64,000 nt of DNA from Bacilli bacterium. GTDB taxonomy: Bacteria; Bacillota_I; Bacilli_A; RFN20; CAG-826. How positions within the stretch are numbered: the first letter of the stretch is position 1; each line of letters opens with the position of its first letter. Where the stretch lies: NCBI GenBank assembly GCA_024399115.1, contig JAKSHZ010000001.1, positions 23,801 through 87,800 on the forward strand. The letters run 5' to 3'. The notes under the pieces were generated by a model. The model ran no database searches. It was not told where the DNA came from and saw only the letters and a list, made by a program, of their open reading frames with translations. Below, piece by piece: positions 56,080 through 64,000 of this stretch. Made by a program: the position numbers and the translations under genes.

Positions 56080-56638
56080 TTATTTAAATATGGGAAAATT
56101 CGACCTTACAGATGATAAAATACAACAAATTGCAGATAAATTTATAGTAGATAAAGATGTTGTAAAAGAGATTGTTTCAGTATACAAAGATATAGACTCA
56201 ATACTTAAACAGCAATATTTAGCACATATTATTAGAGCCGCAGAAGAATTTGTGAGACAACAAATTGGTAATCCTACATTTATTATTAAATGTGTTCAAA
56301 GAAAACCAGAAGCAAGTTTAGAAGGTTTTGGTTCAGCTCAATATATAGAACTAAAGAATAGGTTTCTTATTTATTATCATCCATCTCAAAGTGAAAAAGT
56401 GTTACGGGTGATAATAGCTCATGAGTTGGGTCATTTAATACTAAGGGTTAAAGCAAAAAAGACTGGTCTAAAAAACACCGAACCATTAAGTACTATTTTT
56501 GGGTTAATAACTATCTTAGAAAAAAATAGATTTTATGAAGAAGAAACTTCTAGGTTTCAATATGAAACATGGGAGAATATGTTAGCTGACTTTTCTTTAT
56601 TACATAATCAATGGAAGGGAAAGGTTAATATAAGTTAA
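56057..56638 (+). CDS. HEXXH metallopeptidase-like protein (ImmA/IrrE-like; moron gene 2)
   Basis: R.IIAHELGHL motif; start may be 56090. Confidence 0.65.
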   Translation: MNSENGDSYLNMGKFDLTDDKIQQIADKFIVDKDVVKEIVSVYKDIDSILKQQYLAHIIRAAEEFVRQQIGNPTFIIKCVQRKPEASLEGFGSAQYIELKNRFLIYYHPSQSEKVLRVIIAHELGHLILRVKAKKTGLKNTEPLSTIFGLITILEKNRFYEEETSRFQYETWENMLADFSLLHNQWKGKVNIS

Positions 56639-56644
56639 TATAAT

Positions 56645-56670
56645 AAAGGATACCATAACTGGTATCCTTT
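56645..56670. terminator. bidirectional terminator
   Basis: AAAGGATACCA/TGGTATCCTTT between convergent genes. Confidence 0.75.
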
Positions 56671-57073
56671 ATTTTTTCTCCTTTTCCTTTTTAAGTTCTA
56701 CTATCGCTTCTACAGCCCACTCTTTCATTTTTAACACCATAGCACGTTCTCTGAAGTTCATTGTAACTCCAAAGCACTGACAGTAATCAATAATCTGCCT
56801 TGGTGTAAAGATACGGTTTCCATTTATATCTGTTTCACAATGTCTCCATATCTTGTAAAAATGATTGAATAACCAAGTAAAACCTTCCGGGAAAGGTAAT
56901 GGTTGAAGTTCGGCAAATTTTGGATCTTCTTTTGCAAGTTCATCAAATTTCTTTTCACCAAACTTATCAATAAATTCTTGTCGTTTTTCAGCGTTACTTG
57001 TCCACTCTGTCTTTTCTTCCCTCTTCTTTGTTAAGTTATTCATATAACTCTTAGTATAAGAATAAGGTGTCAT
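56669..57073 (-). CDS. tail assembly chaperone, frameshift extension (gpT-like)
   Basis: In the -1 frame of the upstream chaperone, open from the slippery site. Confidence 0.7.
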   Translation of the reverse strand: MTPYSYTKSYMNNLTKKREEKTEWTSNAEKRQEFIDKFGEKKFDELAKEDPKFAELQPLPFPEGFTWLFNHFYKIWRHCETDINGNRIFTPRQIIDYCQCFGVTMNFRERAMVLKMKEWAVEAIVELKKEKEKK

Positions 57074-57092
57074 AAGTCTGAAATAACGCTGA

Positions 57093-57130
57093 AGAGGAGC
57101 TTTAACTTTCTCCTCTAGTTCGATAAAAAA
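57093..57130 (-). other. -1 programmed frameshift signal
   Basis: T TTT TTA heptamer (57130-57124) followed by an AGAGGAG/CTCCTCT hairpin. Confidence 0.8.
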
Positions 57131-57537
57131 TTGTTCTGATTTGATTCGAAGCGAGCAATGTCAGTAGCAATTACAGGAGATTTGTAAAGAATATTCTTTA
57201 CATCTTTCATTGTTACTTCTGTTCCATCTTCATTCAAAAGTTTTTTACCGTCTTTACCACGGATGTCACATACAAGTGCGGCAGCGTATTCTGAAAGCAT
57301 TTTGTCTGTTGCTGTAGACTTTGCTTTTACATCTTCAATTTTATTAACTTCATCTTTTGCTTTCTGAAGTTTATCCTGAGCTACAGAAGCAGCACTTGAG
57401 TTTGGACCATACAATTTGAATTCAATTCCTGTTCCAACACCACGTACTTTTACTTCGTACCAGATACCATTTTCTTCATTGTCTTTTGAGTAGAAATCTG
57501 CAATATTAATTACATTTTCATTCATAATTTTAATCAT
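57115..57537 (-). CDS. tail assembly chaperone (gpG-like)
   Basis: Between tail tube and tape measure genes; E..GIW motif; ends in NF at the slippery site. Confidence 0.8.
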   Translation of the reverse strand: MIKIMNENVINIADFYSKDNEENGIWYEVKVRGVGTGIEFKLYGPNSSAASVAQDKLQKAKDEVNKIEDVKAKSTATDKMLSEYAAALVCDIRGKDGKKLLNEDGTEVTMKDVKNILYKSPVIATDIARFESNQNNFLSN

Positions 57538-57553
57538 CCTTATATTTGTAAAG

Positions 57554-57585
57554 TATAAGGTAACTGGAACAAACCAGTTACCTTA
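57554..57585. terminator. hairpin after the tail tube gene
   Basis: ATAAGGTAACTGG/CCAGTTACCTTAT. Confidence 0.6.
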
Positions 57586-57606
57586 TCTCTCCTAACTACA
57601 CTCTCT

Positions 57607-59340
57607 CTAGATGTCGTAGTGTTTTGAAATACTTGCCCAGTCTTTGTAAACTGCTTTTACATCGAGATATGTAATATCATCGAGTGTAATATCGCAAGTA
57701 GCTTCGTTGCCTGTAACAGTAACATCGCCAAGAGTAACTTCTTCTTTTTCTTCACCCTTTGTTGCTGTGATAACTACGTCACCTTCAAAAGGAACTTTTG
57801 AAGTAACAGTAATTTTACCTTCAGTCTTATCAAGAGTAATATCATCAAAAAGAACTTTACCTCTTGTTTCCTGTGCTTCCACCTTCTTACGAATACGGAA
57901 GAAACGACAAGCTCTTTCTTCAAAACTCTGGAACGGCAAGGAAATAGTAAGTTCTTCAGCTCCCTGAGAAATGTCAGTATCTGTGAACTTAGCTTTGAAA
58001 ATCTGAATTACATACAAGTAATTTGGATTATCTTCCTGATCTTGGAAACAGAATGTAATTTCTACATCCTTGTCACCTGTTGCCATGTTGTACAATTCTT
58101 CTGAATAACCTTTGATAAGGTATGCATCCAAAGTTCCAGTAATGTCCAAAGACATTGGAGCTGTTGAGATAGCACCTTTTTCGAAGATAGCAAAAATCTG
58201 TTTAAGACCATTGTTAAGTTCGAATGTAAGGTTAGAACCGTACTGAACACGATGTCCGTTGATGTAAAGGAATCCTTCACGAGCAGTAAACTGGTCTGTA
58301 GTTGTACCAACTTTCTGAGCCAACTCTTCAACCCAAGCTTTTGCTTCTGCAGGAGTTTTTCCTACAACTTTATCGTCATCCATTCCAACATAGAAGCGAC
58401 CTTCCTTGCTACGAGCATCATCATCAGCGAGTGCATCAATGATACCTGTTGGTGCAGCATAATATGTAGTAGAACTATCATATTCAGTAGCACGTTTGTA
58501 GCCATCACCATCTTCAATGTAGAATTTTCCAGCCTTGAAAGCAGCTTCATCAGCAACTTCAACTTCAACGTATCCGTCACCAGTCTGAAGAAGATCTGGG
58601 TTATTTGCACCCATAAATCCGAAACTACCAGTTACAATCTGACCCGGACTTACACTAAGAGACATAGTATTTACAGCAAGATGTTCAAATTCCTGATATA
58701 AATCTTCGTCTTTGATACCGCCATACTGAGCCAAAGCTGAGTATTTAATATCTTCAGTACCACAAGTAAGTTCGTCAATTTCGAATTCATTTCGTTCCTG
58801 TTCATCTTCAAAAATAACGATAGCATCTTCACGAGCCTTATTGCCACCTTTCCAACCTACAAGATATTTAGCCTTCAAGCCGCCATCTTTTTCAGTTCCG
58901 TTTGAAATGAACTGGTCTTCTGTAAGTGTTCCTTTGAAATCAAATTTGATAGCAGAACCATCATCAGATGTCCAAGGCTTCCACTTATTTCTAAGTGCAG
59001 CTTCAAAGATATCGTCATATGTTTCTGGAGAAAGTTCGATATCAAGAGAACCTTCAGATGAAGAGTTTCCTTTTCTAGGTGCAGACTTTGTTCTACCTTT
59101 ACGAAGTTCGTTTGATTCGATAGATTCTGTAGAACCTTTGATTGAGTGACCTGTACGTCTTGTCAACTGTGGATATTCAAAGACATCCGATTCCTGTACT
59201 ACAGGGTCAGTTTTAATACGACCAAGTGCAGCTTTTTCAAAGGCTTTTGCAGAAACATCTCCACCTGTAACTTCACGAGAGAAGAACAGACTTGAGTCTG
59301 AACCTGTTTTAATATTGAATTGTGGAGTAACGTGTGCCAT
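57607..59340 (-). CDS. major tail tube protein with insertions and a C-terminal beta domain
   Basis: ESIESNELR...G.LDIEL...VNTMSLSV.PG.IVTGSF...LNNGL...ITGTL; GGAGG RBS before ATG 59340. Confidence 0.85.
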   Translation of the reverse strand: MAHVTPQFNIKTGSDSSLFFSREVTGGDVSAKAFEKAALGRIKTDPVVQESDVFEYPQLTRRTGHSIKGSTESIESNELRKGRTKSAPRKGNSSSEGSLDIELSPETYDDIFEAALRNKWKPWTSDDGSAIKFDFKGTLTEDQFISNGTEKDGGLKAKYLVGWKGGNKAREDAIVIFEDEQERNEFEIDELTCGTEDIKYSALAQYGGIKDEDLYQEFEHLAVNTMSLSVSPGQIVTGSFGFMGANNPDLLQTGDGYVEVEVADEAAFKAGKFYIEDGDGYKRATEYDSSTTYYAAPTGIIDALADDDARSKEGRFYVGMDDDKVVGKTPAEAKAWVEELAQKVGTTTDQFTAREGFLYINGHRVQYGSNLTFELNNGLKQIFAIFEKGAISTAPMSLDITGTLDAYLIKGYSEELYNMATGDKDVEITFCFQDQEDNPNYLYVIQIFKAKFTDTDISQGAEELTISLPFQSFEERACRFFRIRKKVEAQETRGKVLFDDITLDKTEGKITVTSKVPFEGDVVITATKGEEKEEVTLGDVTVTGNEATCDITLDDITYLDVKAVYKDWASISKHYDI

Positions 59341-59435
59341 TCCCAATTCCTCCCTTTTGAAAGCCTTACGGCTAAGATGAGAAAAAAACATCTCTAAGAA
59401 AATGCGGAAGAATAGAGATGTTATCTTATAGATAA

Positions 59436-59464
59436 AGAATGGCTTGTTTTATATTCGTAGTTAA
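59436..59464 (-). promoter_or_regulatory. putative late promoter (TTAACTACGA-N13-CATTCT)
   Basis: Exact 10-mer at 59455-59464, upstream of the tail tube gene. Confidence 0.65.
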
Positions 59465-59466
59465 AC

Positions 59467-60207
59467 TTATCTGTCGAGATCTGACTGCCAGTCAATTGTT
59501 ACTGGACACCAGATAAAATCGTCTTCTGTCATATTTGGTCCACGATATGTTCTGACAATTCTTACACCTTCCATAATCAGACCCGGTCTAAATAACTGTG
59601 CAATTTCGTCATAGCGGTCCAAAATAGCATCAGTTCCCCAGTTATTAGGAACACAGATATTAACCTGTAAAAATCCAGTCCATCTGATACGACCTTTACC
59701 ACCCAATTCAATCTGATTAGGTGCAGTTGGATGAAAATAGATTTCATACCAAGGATTTGTATAGGCCTCAGAGATTTCACTTCTTTCTTCGACACTGTTT
59801 TCAAATACAACAGAATAGATAGGCATCAAGATTTTCTTATTCTGTTCGGCATCGTAAAGTTCAAGTTTTCTTTTTATCTGTTTTGTGTTATCTCTGATAA
59901 TAATTGTCTCTTTGATAGCATCATACAGTTCATCATCTTCTGGTGAACCTTCTTCAGTTTGATAGAAGTTTGGATAGATTTCCTTATACCACTTAATAAG
60001 TTCAAGTTCTTTTGGACCATCTGCCTTAAACTTCTCTTCATCTGTCATTCCCGGAGTGTACTCTGGCTTAAAGTATTCAAAAGCAGGTAAACAATCAGGA
60101 TTCTCTTTGTTATCCTGATAATACTGGTGACATTTTGAAACAGCATCAATAGAACCTAATTCTAAGAACTTATTAATAATTAATCTTTCAACATATGCGT
60201 CTGTCAT
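59467..60207 (-). CDS. tail terminator-like protein
   Basis: V.FEN...G.LQVNI.VP...G......D.IA.LF...PV.I.W; position before the tail tube gene. Confidence 0.7.
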   Translation of the reverse strand: MTDAYVERLIINKFLELGSIDAVSKCHQYYQDNKENPDCLPAFEYFKPEYTPGMTDEEKFKADGPKELELIKWYKEIYPNFYQTEEGSPEDDELYDAIKETIIIRDNTKQIKRKLELYDAEQNKKILMPIYSVVFENSVEERSEISEAYTNPWYEIYFHPTAPNQIELGGKGRIRWTGFLQVNICVPNNWGTDAILDRYDEIAQLFRPGLIMEGVRIVRTYRGPNMTEDDFIWCPVTIDWQSDLDR

Positions 60208-60212
60208 TTAAC

Positions 60213-63071
60213 TTATTCTCCTTGAATAATTACAAAATTGTTATAATCATACTCGTGAGTTCCAAGAGTACTTTCATATTTTTTCAAATCCTTAATAATT
60301 TCATCAGATACAGTTGCGGCATTAAACCCTTCGGCATTGATTACTGCAGCAAGAATATTACTATCCTGTCCTGTTTCTAATATCTGGTTCCATTGGGCTT
60401 CAATAAGGCGAATCCATCCTTTTGGTGCCTGATAAGTAAAATGGTCTTTTACACCATGTTCTCTTTGAAATTTCCCTTCACCCTGCCAAGGTCCAGAATC
60501 TTTTTTGTAATAACCATATTCAAGACGTTCCCATCTTGGATGTGTGTTAGTATATGTGAAGTTGATACTCTTAACTTTTGAAGTCTCAACTCGTTTAGTA
60601 AAAACTTCTGCTACTTTTTGAATAGAATTCAAGTCTCCCGGTTTCATAAACCACTCATCATGTTCTTGAAAATCACTATCCAACATAGAGAATGTCATAC
60701 CTTTATACTTAAATTCCCAATAATCTCTTACACGTTCATCATCTGGTATATGTTCCCTTTCGATTGTATATGTTACTTTCTTAGCACCTTGTACCATATC
60801 GCTTAAAATATCTTCTGGATCTCGTTCAAACTTAACGCCTTCAAAAGTCTCCGTTTTCTTATATTTACCTTTCTTAATATACACACGAGTTTCTTCATAA
60901 TGATATCTTTCATCTACTGGTGTGTTAGAAATTAATAATTGGAAGAAAATGGCAGCTCGCATATTACCATAGTTATTTTTAAGAATTTGATTTTTAACTA
61001 TTGACTCAGGAACTGGCCAAGGTTTTAAGCCAGATTTACGCACAATTGCTGTAGGTTTAGCCAAATTCATATGATAAGTCCAAGTCTGTTTTATATCTTT
61101 CGCACCGTATTTTGATATTTTTACAGCACCTACATTAATTTCATTCTCTTGAATAATTAATGCCTTTTTCTTTTTCTTAAAATTTATTGTATAATTAATA
61201 TTTTGCTTAAATTCATATCCAAACCCTTGGATAGTATTTGCTGATTTAGGAGTAACATTTTTTTGTGTTTTAGCAACAGATGCAACACTTTTCATTTTTT
61301 TCTCAAAATTACCAACAACTTTTTGAGATATTTTATCCATATTTAATTTAGGCATTTTAGCTAACAATTTTAAATCTGCTTCACGTTTTAGTTCTTGAAC
61401 TTGCTTTTCAAACATACTAGATGCTTTTTTAATTGACAAACTAATTGCTTCATGTAGGCTTAATGCTGCGAATTCATCATTATGAAACTTTTCAAAAGAT
61501 GCATCTGCTTTTCTTTTATTTTCTGCAGCCTGTTTTATTTCTTCTTCAGTTTCAGGCTTTTTTAATACAAGCTGACCATTAATAACAGAATAAACATACT
61601 CTCCGCTAGCAAGTTTCATTATTGTATCTTTATTCTTTTCCGCTTGTATCTGGTCATAATTTTTATAATAATCAATGGTTTTATCAATCATTCTTATAAC
61701 TTCAGAAAGATTGTTTTTGCACTTTTGAACAAAATATTTTACAAAAAAGTTGTATGTAAAATCTAATTCATCATCTTTAGCAATTTTAATGTTTCCAGAA
61801 CCTGTACGAGATTGTTCAATATCCAATAAGGTTCCGTCATTTTTCATATCTACTAAAACAAAACTTTTATCATTAGGTTTCCTTTCTTTAAGACTTGCAT
61901 TCTGTTCTTGAAACCATTTTTCATATTGTTTAGCAAAATCATCTGTAACATTTTCAAAATCATCAATACCAAATCCTGTGTGTTGCCATTTAGGTTTGAT
62001 ATAAATCAAAGCAGTATTTTTAAATGGAGTTTCCCCTTTTTCATCACGATAATACTTTGCAAACTTTGATTTTTTTTCTTTTATAATTTTAAGCTTCTCT
62101 TGAAAATCTGCTAAACCTTCCTTAAATTCCTCTGTAGATAAATCAGCTAAATATTCGAGTTCTGATGCATCTACAGATTCCAAAAATGCAGATTGGACAA
62201 TCAACTTTTCCAAACTTTCGTCTTCTTCCCACCTGTCGAAAGTTGTTAACAATTCTACAAATCTATCATATTCCTTCCTTTTGTGCTCTTGAAGAAAATC
62301 AAGAGTGGCACCATACTGTGCTGCAGGATTATTTGCATGGGCTTTTTTCTTAGCCTCAGTTACCCAATAATCTCTAATCGATGTAGAATCAGGATGTTTT
62401 TTATAAAATTCAATTTCACTTTTCGTGAAATTTAATGGCACAAAATCCTTAACAATATTATTTTGCTGATAATATTCCTTAGCCACTTTTGCATGAACAG
62501 TGTCTAAACATTTTTTTAATACAAAAGGATTATTAGACATATAATCTCTATATTTTGAGATTTCTTTAGTAAAGATGTCATGAATTTCTGTATTTGTATC
62601 AATTATTTCTGACGAAGTAAATGTAGAGTATTTTTTTACATCTGGAGCTTCTTCATCCTCACCTTCTTCAATAACAAAGTTTGGTTGACCTTCCGCATCG
62701 TATGTAGCAGAAACCTTATAAACACTTTGAACTTTGTTAAACATTTCAACTGTTTCATCACAAGCAATTCTTACAATATCAGATGCAGATATCTTTGAAT
62801 TAATTAACTTTTGAACTTTACTATAAAGATTTCCGGGAGCTTCCAAGTATACATTCTTTACAGCTTGATAATCCGCCATCCGTTTTTTCTTACCATTTTC
62901 ATCACTTATATAAAAAATATCATTATCTAAATTATATTTTTGATTTATTGCTATAGCTCGTTCTACAACATCTTTTCTGGTGAGTACTGTAATTTCAATA
63001 TCTTGCTTAAATTTGTTATATTTATCTTGATAAACTTTTTTAAGTTCTGCAATTTTTGAATCGTAATCCAT
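60213..63071 (-). CDS. HK97 gp10-like neck/tail-completion protein with a very long N-terminal extension
   Basis: C-terminal TPVD...LEYG...QAP.G..R motifs; canonical gene position. Confidence 0.6.
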   Translation of the reverse strand: MDYDSKIAELKKVYQDKYNKFKQDIEITVLTRKDVVERAIAINQKYNLDNDIFYISDENGKKKRMADYQAVKNVYLEAPGNLYSKVQKLINSKISASDIVRIACDETVEMFNKVQSVYKVSATYDAEGQPNFVIEEGEDEEAPDVKKYSTFTSSEIIDTNTEIHDIFTKEISKYRDYMSNNPFVLKKCLDTVHAKVAKEYYQQNNIVKDFVPLNFTKSEIEFYKKHPDSTSIRDYWVTEAKKKAHANNPAAQYGATLDFLQEHKRKEYDRFVELLTTFDRWEEDESLEKLIVQSAFLESVDASELEYLADLSTEEFKEGLADFQEKLKIIKEKKSKFAKYYRDEKGETPFKNTALIYIKPKWQHTGFGIDDFENVTDDFAKQYEKWFQEQNASLKERKPNDKSFVLVDMKNDGTLLDIEQSRTGSGNIKIAKDDELDFTYNFFVKYFVQKCKNNLSEVIRMIDKTIDYYKNYDQIQAEKNKDTIMKLASGEYVYSVINGQLVLKKPETEEEIKQAAENKRKADASFEKFHNDEFAALSLHEAISLSIKKASSMFEKQVQELKREADLKLLAKMPKLNMDKISQKVVGNFEKKMKSVASVAKTQKNVTPKSANTIQGFGYEFKQNINYTINFKKKKKALIIQENEINVGAVKISKYGAKDIKQTWTYHMNLAKPTAIVRKSGLKPWPVPESIVKNQILKNNYGNMRAAIFFQLLISNTPVDERYHYEETRVYIKKGKYKKTETFEGVKFERDPEDILSDMVQGAKKVTYTIEREHIPDDERVRDYWEFKYKGMTFSMLDSDFQEHDEWFMKPGDLNSIQKVAEVFTKRVETSKVKSINFTYTNTHPRWERLEYGYYKKDSGPWQGEGKFQREHGVKDHFTYQAPKGWIRLIEAQWNQILETGQDSNILAAVINAEGFNAATVSDEIIKDLKKYESTLGTHEYDYNNFVIIQGE

Positions 63072-63457
63072 TAAGAAGCTCTTCTACAATGAAGAGTATG
63101 TACTAAGATATATTTGCCGCTAGGATTACTAGTAGCAACGCTGATAATATTATAAGTAATACCCTCGTAAAGCACTTTATCTTTGCTTTCTTTAGGGATA
63201 ATAGAGATATCATCCATAGTGCAAGAGAAGGATACATCTCCTGCCTGAATAATGTTAGATAACTCTCCAATTGCTTCTGCTGTATAAGTTTTCATTACAC
63301 AGCGACCTTTGTATTCAGCGAACACAGGTTCTACCTTTTTTGTCTTAGGATTATATGCTGGTTCACCAACTTCCTTTTTCAAAGAAAATGGATTACCAAA
63401 TAAGTCGAAGAGATTATTTGCAACTTCTCTCATTTCAGGATAATTAAATGTAGCCAT
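63071..63457 (-). CDS. head closure / head-tail joining protein
   Basis: L...FG...YNP.T...IQAGD...P...DKV...Y.II...NP.G pattern. Confidence 0.7.
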   Translation of the reverse strand: MATFNYPEMREVANNLFDLFGNPFSLKKEVGEPAYNPKTKKVEPVFAEYKGRCVMKTYTAEAIGELSNIIQAGDVSFSCTMDDISIIPKESKDKVLYEGITYNIISVATSNPSGKYILVHTLHCRRAS

Positions 63458-63466
63458 AATTCTCTC

Positions 63467-63709
63467 CTATTTCTTAAAGTTCTTTTTACCATTTCCTGTA
63501 AGTTTTTGATGACAACTAGCACAAAGCCAACGACCTTTAGGTTTGCCAGTTTTTGAATACGAAGTGTGATGAAACTGAAGTTTTTTACCTGTAGCACCAC
63601 AATGACTGCAATGTTTTGGTTTCTTTAGTCTTCCATCACGAAGAGCATTGTTAATCTTTGCTCTTGCAAGTTTCTTTTTGTGTTCTTCTGGAGTTTTTGC
63701 GTCTGACAT
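63467..63709 (-). CDS. small HNH-like zinc-binding protein
   Basis: CSHCG...HHTSYSK...WLCASCH. Confidence 0.7.
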   Translation of the reverse strand: MSDAKTPEEHKKKLARAKINNALRDGRLKKPKHCSHCGATGKKLQFHHTSYSKTGKPKGRWLCASCHQKLTGNGKKNFKK

Positions 63710-63718
63710 TCGTTCTCC

Positions 63719-64000
63719 TTAAGGTAACCAACAAGCCTTATGATTTACATCTTTCAGAGATTCTTTATCAATGTATAAACCTCTTAACAATGAATTAAGA
63801 GCAGCATATTTAGATATGTAATCGAGTTCATTCTGGTCTGTACTTGAATTAGCAAAATATTCAATTTCTACAGCACCTTCGATTCTCTGTCGTTTTACAG
63901 CACCATTAGTATTAAGAGTTGTGAACAATTCTGAATCCTGCTTGAATCCATAATAAGCAGCTTCACAAATAGCATCTTTTAAGCATTTTGGAATTCCTTT
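63719..64000 (-). CDS. head-tail adaptor (DnaT-like family), 3' part only
   Basis: Frame continues past the window edge; IP...KDAICEAA...VKRQRIEGAVEIEY. Confidence 0.6.
   Translation of the reverse strand, partial: KGIPKCLKDAICEAAYYGFKQDSELFTTLNTNGAVKRQRIEGAVEIEYFANSSTDQNELDYISKYAALNSLLRGLYIDKESLKDVNHKACWLP

Noticed and set aside
40310-63071. Inteins or introns explaining the oversized structural genes
   Set aside because: No C/S...HN splice motifs, no LAGLIDADG domains and no frame interruptions seen
1-64000. CRISPR array or cas genes
   Set aside because: No regularly spaced repeat-spacer array seen; the RuvC/HNH proteins have IscB and TnpB size and context
1-64000. Stop-codon reassignment
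   Set aside because: Long genes are intact in the standard code, and TAA, TAG and TGA all end well-supported genes

Overview
AT-rich, roughly 64 kb segment of a temperate long-tailed (siphovirus-type) phage, probably infecting a spirochaete such as Treponema. The host is an inference from the style of the repressor and integrase. From left to right the window holds: an early recombination region (RadC-like JAB, Xis-like HTH, Sak/Rad52, SSB, SbcCD, NinB/HNH-like); nucleotide-metabolism genes (dCMP deaminase, ThyX-like); a CI-like repressor with three operators; replication genes (initiator, DnaC-like loader, DnaB); an attP-like site with a tyrosine integrase; and, on the minus strand, a lysis module, an accessory cassette and the tail operon up to the head-tail adaptor. 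Capsid and terminase genes lie outside the window. Two intact-looking RNA-guided nucleases are present without a transposase (IscB with omega-RNA, and an IS607-type TnpB), plus a 46-47 bp IS200/IS605 mini-element that disrupts a small gene. The most interesting unexplained signals are: (i) six exact copies of TTAACTACGA, each followed 13 nt later by an nAnnnT -10 box, defining a phage-specific late-promoter class; (ii) one of these promoters precedes no ORF but a ~130-nt kissing-loop RNA; (iii) a seven-gene cassette of unknown function facing a membrane-bound LuxR-type regulator; (iv) two related CCUCC-plus-pseudoknot RNA elements and other structured intergenic RNAs; (v) a dual-frame spanin-like gene pair lacking a lipobox. 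All family calls come from motif recognition by eye, not from database searches.
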